The notes under the pieces: generated by a model | Seen by the model: the letters and a program-made list of their open reading frames with translations, nothing else | Database searches by the model: none | What the model was told of the DNA's origin: nothing | Translations under genes and position numbers: made by a program | Origin: Lama guanicoe | Taxonomy: Eukaryota | Reading direction: 5' to 3' | DNA length: 64,000 nucleotides | Assembly (NCBI GenBank): GCA_013239625.1 | Contig: MU056262.1 | Location: 4,783,369 to 4,847,368, forward strand | Part shown: positions 49,339-63,534 of the stretch, in pieces | Numbering within the stretch: the first letter of the stretch is position 1 | Layout of the letters: each line of letters begins with the position of its first letter

Positions 49339-52300
49339 TATCTAGTATCATATCTTTAAAGTTTTAATCCTTCTTGGACTTTTAGGCTTCTCTTTTAAAA
49401 ACCATCCCCATTCCTACAGCTGTGTCTGTGTGGTAGCTCTTTCTGGTGATTGGTTGTTGCTCCCTGATAAATATATTTGCTTCCCTTCTTTAATTGTTTT
49501 AATAATAGCACAAATAGCAGGTTGGTTACCTAGAAAGTACCATGAAATTAAAAGATTCAAAGAAAGCTCTCATCTATTTATTCAGTTTTATTTGCTGCCC
49601 CCTACTTATGTGACTCTGGGCATCTAATGATAGACAAAAACAAAAACAAAAAGCCCTTATTTATATTTTATTAGCAAAAAAAAAAAAACCCAACAACAGG
49701 AAAAAAAGGAGAGGCTGGAGCATTTCAGGCACAGGAAATGATGTACGCAAACAGCAGAGGTTGTAAGTGTCACCTGGGAGGTGGCAAGAACCATGGGATT
49801 TTAAAGGCGAATGACACAATTTCACTACATGTTTGTCTGTTTTGGTTTTTATTCCCTAACATCTAACATAGCAAGCCTCTTGAATTGGCCACACTCTAGA
49901 ATGTAATGCAATTTGACCATTCAAGTCTGCCCAGGTATACACAGTGACAAAACTGGAATTAGAATTTACTTTTTCCTAATTTTCATATAGTGCAATTTTT
50001 TTTAAAGAAACTCAATTATAATACCACTAAAACAAAATATCAAACAATAACCACCTGAAATTTGAAGGCGATTCTTTGATAAGAATAATCTATTTTTTTC
50101 ATTAAAAATTTTAAATAGAAAGTACTTGAGAACAGTGAATTAAGTGAAATATGTAGAGTTTTTAAACACATATTAATGTCATATGTGACTATACTTCTGC
50201 CTTATAACCTGTTTCAGCTTTGCCAAATCAATGACTGAAGGAGGGCATTCCTTCCAACCCTTTCTGATTATAGTTAATTTATGTCATACTGTATTATTTA
50301 TTAGCTAATGTAAAAAAATCCAGTAAGGCCTATTTTACTCTTTTATAGGCAATGTGATTAATTATTAAAATGGAGAACAAAATGATGCAACTCAATAGAG
50401 AACTAACCAAGTGAAGCCAGGTTTTCTCCAAATCTGTATTGCTATTTAGCTTTTCCCTGTGAATCCCTACACTTACATACAGAAGTTCACTTACACAAAC
50501 ACACCCAGATACACAAATATACTTGCACACACAATGATGGAAACTGATATTAATGGAAAGTTGACCATATGACCAACACGGCTCTAAGCATTTGACAGAT
50601 AATATCATGTCTATTCTTTACAAACGCCAGAAAGAATACAGAATCATTAATTCTTTTACAGATTTTTTTAAAAAGCTAGAAAAGGGAAAAAAGAAGAATT
50701 TGAGAAATTGGGAAGGTAGAAGAGGAAGGTTCCTGATTGTAAAGAGCTATGGAACAAACCCCAAACGCTGACCACCACGACAGAGCAGGAAATCATTCTC
50801 CAGCTGTTTGGATAGTAAAAAACCAAGTTTTGAGTGGAAAAAAAAAACAACAAAAACACACAACTCTACTCATAAGTTGTTGGCAAACAGAACAGATATT
50901 ACAGAGGGATATTAGTATTTTTATACTCTTTTTGTAGATGAGCAAGATAACGATGTAGTCTGGCCAAGGAAAATTAGGTATTCAAATATACAAGAAAAGA
51001 TCAAGTCTCAGAATTAAGTTCGTAAACTGAAGATCAAGCAAAAACTCGCAAACAGCACTGGTGGTAAGTAGATCCTAGTTTGACAGGTCTCAGTAGATAT
51101 CTTCTCTGAGGGCATATTATAATCAAAAATTGCATGCAGTTTCTCTTGCTTGGGTTTTCTTGTTTACATTAACTACTGGGACTCTTTACAGCTTAAATAC
51201 TATAAGGAGACCAGAGTCTTGCTGACTATACTAACACAGTGTATGCACAGCAACTTTTTAAGACGCGTAATAGTTTCAGCAAAGGTGCCTTGGGCATATT
51301 ATCAAGATGCTATTAGAAACATGCTGCTTTCATAGTTATTGATTCTCATATGTATCTAGCAAGGGCTGAACATTTATACATATTTGTTTATTGGCATGAT
51401 GTCATAAATATCTATGAATTATACACAAGACCAAACTCAGTCTTGAAAAACAGAAGGCTAATTCCCTGAAAATGTGACTCTCCCTAGATCTGTGGGAATG
51501 ACTACAAGATAATGAGACTAAATGTTTATTAGCAAATATTTGAGAATATGTCATTATCTTCAGTTGATTCTTTGGAAACATACTAAACTTACTTCAATAA
51601 GGCTGTTGTGCAAAACAAGTTTTGAAACTAATATTAAGAAACTGTATCAAACAGTTATGGTGATAAATAAATGCATTAATTTTTTCATTCAAAACTATTT
51701 ATTTACCTTCCTTTGCACCACCCATGGAGATGGTGGTTATCTCTTCTCTGAAAACATAGCTAGATTTAAGCTTATTCTGAAATCTAATATCATATAAAGG
51801 ACAGAAAGTGTATCTGGCACTGAGTAAAAACAATGTGTGATAATTAGGCGTTGATAATAGCATGCAGGGGGGAAAATGTCAAGAGTGAGATTTTAAAGTC
51901 CAATGTTGATTACTAAAGCAACACAGTGACAAAGAATATATATCCAGCAGATCTTAGAAGTTTCTGGTAACAATAACAAGTAACAAAGAATGCAGCTGAT
52001 ATGAAACATTTCTTACTAGACAAAATGAGGCACATCTTACCCTCCTAGAACAATAAACTCATTTTGGGAAAAGCAGCTAAGCTGGCCATCAGGACTGCCA
52101 AACCTGATATTGGAGAGCCAGACAAAGAAAATTATAAGCTTTGTTTCTTTAGATCCTATCAGAATCCAGATAATATACATGTGCAATAGCTACTGTTTTA
52201 AAAGTAAGACATGGAAGCATAACTCCTGTGCTTACTGTCTAGAAGTTATACTGACAGCAATCACTTCTTAGAACTGAATTAGATATTAGAAACCATTGGA

Positions 52301-52841
52301 AAAATTGTAAAATTAAAATTACAGAGACTAACTCATTGGGCATATACATTACTGCCTAGCAAACTAGATTTGTTTGCATAGCTTAATATTTGACTTGATA
52401 TAGGAAAATAAATACTATTCAATAATAAAATGGAGGCAGAGGTATGACACCAATATGACTAATAACAATGTTTAAGGTAACACTTGAAGTTTAAGTAGCT
52501 TCTCTATGATAAAGGAGAAAACAAAATCCACCCAGTGATTATAAAACATAGGATAAATGCTAGCATATAGTTTCTAATGATTTTATGATAAATGAGGCAC
52601 AATTAATTCATTAGAGTATGGAAATTTGTGTACATTTATCAGAATGAGTATTAAGGACATCTTAAAGGATAAGTAAGATCTATGAACACACAGTATGAGA
52701 AAATAGGTACTCTTGGAGAGTATGAAGAAATGATATGATCAGATTTCTGGACATACAAAAATACATGCTATGTTTATGGTGAGAAAAAATAATTCAATTA
52801 ACACATGACATATCAATTTCTTTATGGGAGAAATGAGGATA

Positions 52842-53305
52842 ATGTGCCACAGCAAAAACTAATATCCATCCTTTCCTCTTTGGCTGCAAAATACAAGAAC
52901 ACCTAGTTTGCTATGGTGGTTTTCATGCCTGGATAAAACCATTTCAATCTTGAGCTTTGGTTCCTGACTGGCTTGGCCAAAGAGGTGTACTAGAGTGTCA
53001 TTAAGTAGGACTTCTACAAAATCTCTTTAAAAGGAAGTCAACTGGCAAGCCTCTTTTGCCCTTCCTTTCTCCTCCTTCTTCCTGTCTTAAACATTAATTT
53101 GATGATTGGAGCTCTCCCAGACATATTTCAGCATGAGAACAAGAGACATAACTGAGGGGAAATAGAGCTTGAGGTTGAGTCCAGTGACACTGAGGACTTA
53201 CAGTGTTAGATTTGGACAGCCTATCTCTGTGTGTTTATTTATGGGTGAGAAAAATAAATCCATGTCTCGTTTAACTCAATATTTTTAAGTTTAAGTTACA
53301 AACGT
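52842..53305 (+). mobile_element. LTR33-like ERVL solo LTR
   Basis: taggacttctacaaaatctctttaaaagg…cttttgcccttcc…tgatgattggagctc…tgagaaaaataaa. Confidence 0.7.
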
Positions 53306-55739
53306 TACCTTGAAGATGTATCTTGGAGCTCATGAAATATATGCATACAGTGATGAGTTTAATACCTGATACATATGAGGCACCTAATACCTGTTAACTA
53401 TTATTACCACTACCACTAAAAACAGATGACTCCAAATAACAATAAAAACAGATGACTTCAGGAGGATTCCACATTGACAATTATCATCGGAAAATCAGGG
53501 GAGCTTCATTTAGAGGCTTACCATCAAATGTTCTTTTAGAGAAGCAAGACTAGTTAACATTCACAGTCATGTGTGGAAACGTATGGGTAAATCTGTTTGT
53601 AAATGATTCTTAATTTTTTATATGCAAGAGTTTTTAAAACAACCTCACATTTAGGAAATACAAACACTACTGAAGTCATCATCAACTTTGAGATTTCCAA
53701 ACATCTTTCTTGATACAGGACCAAACACCACAAAGCCTGCTCAACATGAAAATCCCTGAGCATCAGCCAGAATCTCCCCCATGTTCAAATCCGGTCCAAT
53801 GGCCTGGGCTGGGGTTTCATTCTGACCCATATGTCCATCCTGTGTCTATTTTCAGCTCTTCCTTTCTGTTGCTCCAGACTTGCCAACTCAGGGTCCTGAG
53901 GTCTGGGATTGCAACACAAAGGTTTTCCAAGTGAATTGCTAAAATTATTAAAAATCTGTGTGAACATTTGTTGGGATTTGTTACAAGCTACCTATTCAAA
54001 GGGGAGACAAAAGGGAGCACATATTGAGGGAAATGAAACAGATGGTTAAAAACAAGCAATCTGACATTTCTGGACAGCTACAACGTTTATGTGAATGAAA
54101 GAGAGGATAAGGTATTTTTTCTCTCCCCCAACAGAACATTACACTGCAGTTATCAAATGATCTTTTAGAACTATCAACCAGTTTTATCCCAACATTATCT
54201 TACTAAAAAGGCTGCCCAAAATGTTATTTTCAATTACTAATTTTTAACAAATGAGAAAACTGAGGCTCAAAGTTAAATAACTTGTTTAACTCAGTGTAGG
54301 TAGCAAGTGCTTTATTTTCATCCTAGAATTTATTACGACCAAGGAATTAATTATCAAATACACATTTATCGCTCAGTAAAAAATAAGCTCAATAAAGTCA
54401 GGTTTTTTGCTGCTTGATTTACCTCTGTACCCCCTGTAACTAAAACAGTGGTTGTCCCTCGGTAGGTCATAAAAATATAACAAACACGTGTTTGTGTGTG
54501 TGTGTGTATGTGTGCACACACATAATATCAGAAGAAAGAGTTGAACCTAGATCTGTGTGACTTTAAAACTACTTTATTGACTTCACAGCATTACAGCTCA
54601 TGAGTTACTTTTGTTATCATGATGTTATCATTGCAAGAATTAAAACACCAGAATCCTGTCGTGCAGATCAGTTCTCTTTCTCATAAAAAGGAAGATACGC
54701 AACAAACAAGAGCAGAATGGGAATTAAAGTTTCATTTTTATCCTTAGATGTCTAAGTGGCTAATATTCTAATTCAGACCCCAATTAAAAAGGCTGAGTAG
54801 AAACCCTGATTAGAAACAAAACCTAATTAGAACCTTTCTTTCTCTCCTTAGTCTAAATAATTGAGAGTAAAATGCTTCGATGTAGGTGGGAGAGGCTAAG
54901 AAACAGGAGGAGAAGAAGAAGCAGGACGTGGAGAGACTGCGTCCCCCTGAAATAAGCCTGATCTCAGGCTCACAGTCATTTAAAGTCTAGAACAAGAACC
55001 TGGCCAGTGTGCTCTGCAGGACCTACGGCAGCTGCTTACCGAACGGATGAAACAAGAAGGAAACTTATGGAACAATGAAAGAGGAGTCTGGGTTTTTATC
55101 CTCTTGAAACAATCATTTCCCTCATTATTAACTGTGCCCAAATCCCAGCTATTTCTGACCAATCTCATTACCAATATGTTTCTCAGAGGATAAGAATACA
55201 AGGAGGGTTCCCAAAGGATTTTGAAGAGGGGTAGAGGCAGATTTATCTCGTGCAGAGGAGGGAACGTTTTGGTCATCTCTCCCTATCATCTTCCCTTATT
55301 AATCCTATAACCAAAACATATCAGTGAGGAATTTCCTCTGGTTTACTGTCCTTCGGTGCAGGAAGGATAGAAGGATACGCTGATGCTGGGGACCAAAATA
55401 AAAGATTTCAATGTCTAAAATATGTATCAAACAATATTCTTTCACCACCCTCATATACAATACTGTGTTCTGGCATGCACTTACCAGTGTCTCTCCCTTC
55501 TGGAAACTCAAAATTAAACAACATCAATGGCAACATGAGAGGAAACGAACTGAGCCAGTCGTACCCTTCATTCAGTTTGATAACTTAGACAGTAAACACG
55601 ACTTTTCAACAATAAAACTGATGTACTGCTTAATGTGTCTTGATGATTGCCTCCAGTCTTTGTTTTGGTTTATGGACTCAAAAGACTTGCTAAGTATCGG
55701 CAAGGATGTTGGAAGTTTCCATAAATTATAGAGACGATG

Positions 55740-55890
55740 AAATTTTATCAAGTACATTTTTTACCAAGCCATCATTTTTACATGTACAGAATATGAGGAT
55801 AAGGAAGACAGAATGAGTTATCCATGGTCACACAACTTAGTTAATGGCAAAGATGGTCTACAGCATGGATGAACTGAATCCTGTGTTTTT
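55740..55890 (-). mobile_element. MIR/MIR3 fragment
   Basis: atgagttatccatggtcacacaacttagttaatggcaaag. Confidence 0.7.
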
Positions 55891-57712
55891 CATTTTGCAT
55901 CTCATGTGTTCACATAATTAAACCAGTTCAGTGTTTTTGAATTATCATGTTTCATGCATACGTTAGCTCATGTTCATTGGTTGATTTTCATGACTTTCTC
56001 CAAATGGTAGCAACCAAAAATGTTCACACTTAAAATGTAGTGGAAAAGACTAATAATTAAAACGTATTCTTTTAAGAATCGTAGCTGAATGATTTCCCTC
56101 TGAGCTGGTCCTGGTCCAGTGTACGATTCAAATATCTTTTAAATATGGTGAGACAGTTATAATTCAAAAGTAACCTATATCTCTTTTTTCTATCCTCCTT
56201 CAAGCACTTTGTCATCTCTACTCACTGTCTTAAGTTAAAATATTAAAAAAAAAGATAGGAAAGAGAGGAAAAACAATACATTTCTAGATGTTTTTTCAAA
56301 GTCACAGCTCTCAGAAAAACTATGAATACTGGGTCATAGACAAAATGATCAGCTGAAAATAAATAAAAGGACAAACAAACAAATGGATAATGAGCAAATC
56401 TCTCCCCATCCCCCATTCCACCCCTTGCCTGAATTGGGTGGAAAACAATGTTTTTCTGTTAAGGCAGTATGGAGAAACAGTTTAGAGCAGAGTCAGCAAT
56501 ACATCCTTCATGAAGATGCAAAAAAAAGTCCCCTTTCCAGCTCCCAGAGTGAAGTCTTGACAGTAAGACATCAGGGAGGGAAAGCCTGCTTGGCCAGGCT
56601 GGGCCAATTGAATAAGGTCACCCAGGTGAAAATGTTTGCGTCCCAGCAAGGCAAAGAATCAACATAGCATTCTAGTGCCTCTAAGAGGTAAACTTATGTA
56701 GTGAAGACAGCATTCAAAACTGAAAGATAAGAAATTAAAGATTCTGGCATATCCGAATGAGAATCTATGTGCACAAACTGGGGAATAAAAGCTGTCTGCC
56801 TTCTTAACCCTAAATTTCAGGTAGGTCCAGCCCTCCAGAAATGAGACTCAGACATCCAGCCTTCAGACAGACAGACAAAAAAGTTCCAAAATAGTCTAAG
56901 ATTAAGTTTCTGATACCATGGTGTTATAATGAGGATTTACAGTGGAAATAAACTCGATTTAGCTCATAGAGAAACAGACAGAAAAATATGAGTTTGTGAA
57001 ATGGGATTCATACCTGCCACAGAAGCAAATCTTCTCTCACAATCTTTGACACAGTCGTCATTTCTCTAGATGAATTCTGCAATACAAAGTTATCAATCAA
57101 TCATCTACCTTGAAATATGTGTTGTATGTCCTAGAAGCAAACTGTTTTACTATCAGACAGACTGACACGGAGGATGATGATCTCTGAATATATACACACA
57201 CATTAGGGCCTGTTATAAAAGAATATATAGGATTTATAGTCTGATGATCCTATGAAGAAAAAAAGCATATATAACACAATACTATATAATTTCCTTCTCT
57301 GTTAAACGTTTCCATCAATGTTACTCCACTACTGATGAACTTTTACTGAGCACATAGAGTCTTCTAAGCTTCTCAGGCTCCCACCTGACCCCAGATGCCC
57401 CACGTCTGTCAGCACTGCTTCTTCTTGACGAGAATGACAGAAAGGAGAGATCCATGAATCAGAACATTCCCTGTATCAGTAAACACTGTGTGTGCAGTCA
57501 TGTGTTTATCATAAAGGTTGACAGATATGAACTCCAAATAGGAATTCAGAGAAAGAGAGTAAGAAATCATCATTAAATTTCTTGGTAGAGTCAACAAATT
57601 GGAGAGCAAAATGCATTTTTTTTGTCTCCTCTTTATCAGCAAGATTACCCACCTTTACATAATCTGAGGAAACTCAGGGAATGCAACATACTTTGCATTT
57701 CCATTTATATTT

Positions 57713-57867
57713 CTTTTCATTGAAGCATAGTTGAATTACAGTATTGTGTTAGGGTATAGCAAAGTAATTCAGTTTTATATATATACATGTACTTTTTTTC
57801 AGATTATTTTCCATTATAGGTTATTACAAGATATTGAATATAGTTCCCTATAGTAAATACTTGTTGC
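57713..57867 (-). mobile_element. Short cetartiodactyl-type L1 3' end with 13-bp TSD
   Basis: attgaagcatagttgaattaca…ttttcagattattttccattataggttattacaagatattgaatatagttccct; TSD tccatttatattt (57700-57712) / tccatttgtattt (57868-57880). Confidence 0.85.
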
Positions 57868-58924
57868 TCCATTTGTATTTTTTTGGTTTAATTTTTTTAA
57901 ATGTTTGATTTAATAATTAAATAGAAAATACCACAAAAAAACAAGACTCTATCTGTTTTCTCTGCCTTGTAATCTCAGAAATTATGATAGTCTACATGAC
58001 ACACAGTAAATGTTGAATAATGTTGATGTATTTTTTAAAATTATTTGCTTTCTAAGTTACAGTTGTTTCACTGAATCAATAAGTTATTTGGAAAACAATC
58101 AATTAAGTATGAATATTATGATATATATTTGGGAGAGAGATACTGCATCAGATATTGTTAGTGTGGGACAAAAAAGTCCCAAATCCTTCAGTGCCCATAG
58201 CTAGAAGTAATATTCTATTTCTGAAAAATAATAAGGAATATTATCTATATTAATACTATGGAGTTTATAAACACTGGCTGATATTACTTTTATTTGCATA
58301 TAGTTCAGCTTTCTTGATAGAAACTTTCATTCTTGGGGTGATAAGACTAACAAAAGCCACATGATTCACTGACGATTGTATAGAATCCACAGTCTGATGA
58401 TCCTGTGACAGTGGCAGACCCCCTTATCTTGATTTGGAAATTCAGGGTTTTATTTCATAACACTGATCCTCATTTTCTTAATAAAACAAGGGTACTGAAA
58501 ACAGCAACGCTGCACTGACTACACAGCGTAACTTGTAAAAACCCTAGATCTATGCAAAATAGTTGCTCAGGAGGTACTACCCGCAGCACTTCTTGTCCAC
58601 ATTTTTCAAATCTTCCCTTGGGAGTTTCACTTCCTATAATGCAGAATAAGTTCCCAGGGAAACAAACCTCCTACAGATAATGATTATAACTCTGGACAAA
58701 TTTTTTTTCAAAAGCTTTGTTTGAAATGTATTATCTTTTGGACAGAGTGGGGAATCCCAGGTAGGAGAGAGACAGATAGAGAAAAGGGCTCCAACTTCTG
58801 TGTGTAAACAGTGCCCAAGTCACTCTTTGTCTCCTGTACCACATACTGATATTTTAAAAAGGTCAACCAAATTAAAATAACCCTAGGTCTTTCAAGAGTG
58901 ATGAAATTATCCCTACAGTTTCCT

Positions 58925-60494
58925 CAAACATTAAAATATTAGTAAGACAATATTTTAAGCAAAGTTTGACAACTTAGGTGAAATGGATAAGTTCCTTTAT
59001 AAATTCAACATACAAACTTCATCCAAGATGAAACAGAAAATCTGAATAGCCCTATATGTATGGAAGAAATTGAATTTTCCTTTAAAAAAAGTTATTCAAG
59101 AAAATTCCAGCCCCAGATACTTTTTTGTTATTGAATTACATCAAACATTTAAGAAATAAATACTAGGAAACTAAATTCAATAATATATTAAGATAACAGC
59201 ATATTATAATTAGATAAAATTTATCCCAGAAAAGCAGAGTTGGAATAATATTTGAAAGTTAATTAAAATAATTCACCATCCTAACAAAGAATAACCAGAG
59301 AATCATGACAACAGATGTAGAAAAAACATCTGATACATAACACCCAACACCCCCTGAAAATATTAAGTTTCAGAAAATTAGGAACAGAAGGTACTTATTT
59401 TATTGAATAGACATGTATGAAAAACTTACAGTTAACATCAGAGTTACTGTTAAATGGTTTTCAGTAATAGTGAAAACAACGCAACAATATCTACTTTCAT
59501 AATCTCTATTCAATAATGTCCTAGAATTCCAAGTCCTTCTAATAAGATAAGAAAAAGAAATAAATATCATAAAGATTGGAAAGGAAACTACTTTGATTTG
59601 TAAATGTTTACATAGAAAATTCTAACTCCACAAAACAACCACTAAAATTAATAAGTGAATTTACCTATTCCAAATGATACAAGATTAATAAATGGAAAGA
59701 ATCTGTATTGTTAAGATATCAATTCTCTCCAAATTGATTGTAGAGTTAATAGAATTTTAATCATAATTCTATCAGGCTTTTTACTTGGGATAAACCAGAA
59801 AACTGGTTTGAAATTTATGTAGAAATACATATAATCTAGATTACCAAGGAAAATTAAAAAGAAAGAACAAAGTTAAAGGAATGACACATCCTGAATTCAA
59901 GACTTACTATTTTGCTATAAAATTATGGTAACATATTTAGCAAAAAGCTAACCACATGGATCTGTGCATCAGGATGTGTGTGTGTGTGTATCTGTAAATA
60001 CAATTGTTTTTATCAAAGTTGTCAGGGTGAGTCTCTAGAAAAATAATTTTTTTCCAGCAAATTCTAGATGGAAAAATTGGATTAACCACATGAAATAAAA
60101 AGTAATGATCTTGGCCTTTAACATCATACCACGCACCATAAATATTAATAAAATCGATGAAAGCCATGAATATAAAAGTTAAAATTATAAATCTTCTAGA
60201 AGAAAATGCTGAAGAAAATCTCTGTCAATATAGAATAGGCAATTTTTAAAAAGACAGGACACATTAAGTGGAATTTGGAATCAATCAAAATAAAACATCT
60301 CTTCAAAGACACCACTAAAAAGATTACAGGGCAAGTAACAAAATGAGAGAACTCTTTTTAAAACATTTCTTCCCCTCTAATCATTTTCTATAATGCAGAT
60401 TCCAACATACAAATCTGAAAAAAAAAATTTCTGACAAAGGACTCTAATTCAGTGTTAACCGATCTTGAAAATGGGCAAATGATTTAAATAGGCA
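58925..60494 (+). mobile_element. Old L1M ORF2 remnant (part upstream of LTR insertion)
   Basis: tttgacaacttaggtgaaatggataagttcc; attgttaagatatcaattctctccaaattgat; many stops and deletions. Confidence 0.88.
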
Positions 60495-60978
60495 TGAAAG
60501 GCTTCAGGACATGCTAATCCAAAATATGGCACCTGGGCATACTGAGTATTTTAGGCTGAAGGAATTTGAGAAACCATATGTGCAGGAAGGACTCTGTGAC
60601 CTTCCTCTGAAGCAGGTCATAAAACCCTCTAGTGAAACATGCCCTCCGTATACCCAGAGGAAAGGAACATCCTTATCTCCAAGACACCTACAGCAGTGTG
60701 AAAGCAGGACTTGCTGATTCCCCCACTTCACTACACTTAGCTCAAATCCTTTTCATCCTATCACATTTTTCAAGGATTCTCTACATTTCATCAAAATTAG
60801 CATTAAAACACTCAGGTTTTAACTGCATCTTTGGGTTTTCATTTCCTTACAAAGGTTCTGGTGTCTTGTGATATTAAATAAATTTGTGTGCTTTTCTTGT
60901 TAAAAACTCTTTCAATGTTACAGGGGCCCTAGCCAAGAACTTAGAAGGGTAGAGAAAAAAAGAGTTCCCTTCCATACA
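60495..60978 (+). mobile_element. MER34-like ERV1 solo LTR with 4-bp TSD (GGCA/GACA)
   Basis: TG…CA ends; ttcaggacatgctaatccaaaatatggcac…tattttaggctgaagg; AATAAA near 60877; L1 sequence resumes directly afterwards. Confidence 0.85.
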
Positions 60979-61800
60979 GACACTCTACAAATGAAGACAA
61001 ATGATTGGACAGTAAGGGCAAAGCAAGATGTTCCACATGATTAGGCATCAGGGAAATACAAATGAGAACCACAGTGGTATTCCATCCTTCCTATTGGAAG
61101 GGATACAATTAAAAGGACTGACAGTACCAAGTGATATCAAGAATACTGGAAAGAGCTCTCATTAAAGTTGGGAAAAATATAAAATGGTAAAACCAGTTTT
61201 TAAACCCCTTTGGAAGGTTCCTTAAAAAGTTAAGCATATAGTTGCAATATAACCCAGATTACCAAAGAGAAGCGAAAATGTACATCCCTACAGTCTTGCA
61301 ACTGATGACTGCAGCAGCCTTATCTTTAATAACTAGAAACTCTAAGCACCATAAATGTCATCCACTTAATGGACAGACAACATGTGGTCTGTTCTCTCAG
61401 AAACAAACAAACAAACAAACAAACAAACAAACAAATAAGGAAAGAAAGAAGGAAAGAAGAAAGGGAGGGAAGGATTAACAACTTGTGTGCATCTCAGAAA
61501 CATTATATGGAATGAGAGAAGTGATACACAAAAGACTGTTATGTCTTATGTAAATATAAAGTCATATATAATAACTAAAAGCTTAGAGCCATGGATGGAC
61601 TGCAACATTGTACAAAGAAACTTTTAGGGGTGATGCAAATGCTCTGTATCATGATCATGGTGGTGGGTTCATGGGCTTATTATACCTGCCAAAACTCACT
61701 GTACAATTTAAATGGATCCAGCCTACATCTATATATATATAGATATAGATACACACGCACACACACACACACACACACATAAAACTGATTAAAGAAAAAA
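60979..61800 (+). mobile_element. Old L1M ORF2 end and 3'UTR (continuation), containing (AAAC)n and (TA)n(CA)n tracts
   Basis: catcagggaaatacaaatgagaaccacagtg…ttttaggggtgatgcaaatgctctgtatcatgat. Confidence 0.85.
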
Positions 61801-62279
61801 CTCCAATGAGCAAACATAGAGCTACAGGTACAGAATCCTACTCAGTTACTTTTTCTGAAGTTTCTTTCCAATAAGAGTTCCACCTACAGTACTCCAGACT
61901 GAAGGATGCACACAAAAATAAAAACAAGTGATTAAAATCTATAATAAGACTTCTGACATGTACGTCCTGGACACAGCACTCACTTTTACAATAAGGGAGA
62001 ATAAGCCTAACACCCAGAGGAACGGGGTGGGGGAAGGTGGGGAGTGAATGAGAAAAAAAAAAGAGAGAGAGAGAAACTTTGATTACAAATTCATTTAAAT
62101 TCCAAGTCTCATTGTGCCAGCTTTCAAACTGCTTCTACCTCTTCCAGTAATGCAATTCGGTGAGTCTAAAATGATTAAACTACCTTGAGTTGAACTTCTC
62201 TTACAATCCATAACTAATCTTTTGGGTATATGCAAGTGTCAGTTTTCTAGAATTTCTTTTAAAACTTTTAAATTTTTGA

Positions 62280-62705
62280 ACATAGGTTATTTGATATTTT
62301 CAATAAATGGTACTTAATCAATTGGATTTCCATATAAGAAAAATATATCTTGCCCTCACCTCTTAACCATACTCAAAAATCAATTTCTGATGAATTGCAT
62401 ATCTAAACACGAAAGATAAAACAGTAAAGCTGCTCGAGGAAAATACAGAAGAACATCTTTACGAAATGAGGTCAGCATGTGTATAGATATACATAATATA
62501 GTCAGCATAAGACACATACTAAAATATTCATAGAAGCACAATTCATATTTACTAAGAATGGGAAACTTACGGGATGTGATAATGATCTGGTTCTTGGTCT
62601 GCAACCTGGTTACAAGGTTATGTCCATTTTATACAAGTTCTTCAAACTGGATACTTACAGCATATGCACTTTTCCTCATATAAACATAGTTCGACGAGAA
62701 GATAA
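62280..62705 (+). mobile_element. L1ME-type fragment (ORF2 piece joined to 3'UTR piece)
   Basis: ttttcaataaatggtac…ccatactcaaaaatcaatttc; gatacttacagcatatgcacttttc. Confidence 0.7.
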
Positions 62706-63534
62706 AATACTAGGCACACAGTAACTAGTCAGTGACTACTATGCATCACTATAATTGTTGCTATTACAATTATCTATGTCTTCAAAACAAATGAGGGTCT
62801 CAAAAACATTTAGTAGTTTCTGAGCTACTTTATAATTTATGTTTTCATAAGTACATATCTTAAAAATTGTCATGTGTTCAATGTTCCTCTACTCTTCCTT
62901 ATCGTAAGTTCCTCAAGGCAGGAATTATGACATATTCTGGGTTTTTTAAATTTATCTACCACCCTAAAAACAGTATTATTGAAAGGATCCATGGGCATGC
63001 ATGCATGTATGCATGGATACACACACAAATACTCAAATAAAAACAGTCCCTCTCATTCCCTCAAAGCCTGAATGCAGGTAGGGAATTTTAAAAACACATG
63101 GTAGGAAGGATCATCACGACTTTCTGCAGGGCTCTGACATGTATGTGGCACTAATATAACTGTGAAAAAAACAACACAGCCATTATTGAATCATTGCTGG
63201 TTTATTCGTTTTACTGTTCATTGGTTGAAATTTGCACCATGTGCCATTAGAGACTTAGGTGCACAACATTTTACTCCCAGAAGTAAAACGGAAGCACCTA
63301 AAGAAGCTGGAATAATTATTGAATATTTTAAAAGTGTACGTGTGTAAGCACTAATGTTCCCCTGATTCCCATATTACATGATTTAGCCTTGTTTCTTCCC
63401 TTTTAAATTTACACATGAGCTAAGGAGTATTTCTGTGCTGAATGTGTAAGACAGAACACAGCATACAGAGAGAATTCCAAGCACTGCAAAAGGTATTTTT
63501 ACCCTTATTTATTATTAACAGCAATGATGCAATG

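Noticed and set aside
53417-53457. Short direct repeats (taaaaacagatgact x2; also gtgatttaacaaaa x2 near 6722 and aactaag repeats near 8710)
   Set aside because: Ordinary slippage duplications; no spacer structure, not CRISPR-like
56290-57050. Possible very old L1 5' region or HAL1 remnant
   Set aside because: Too diverged for me to assign without a profile search
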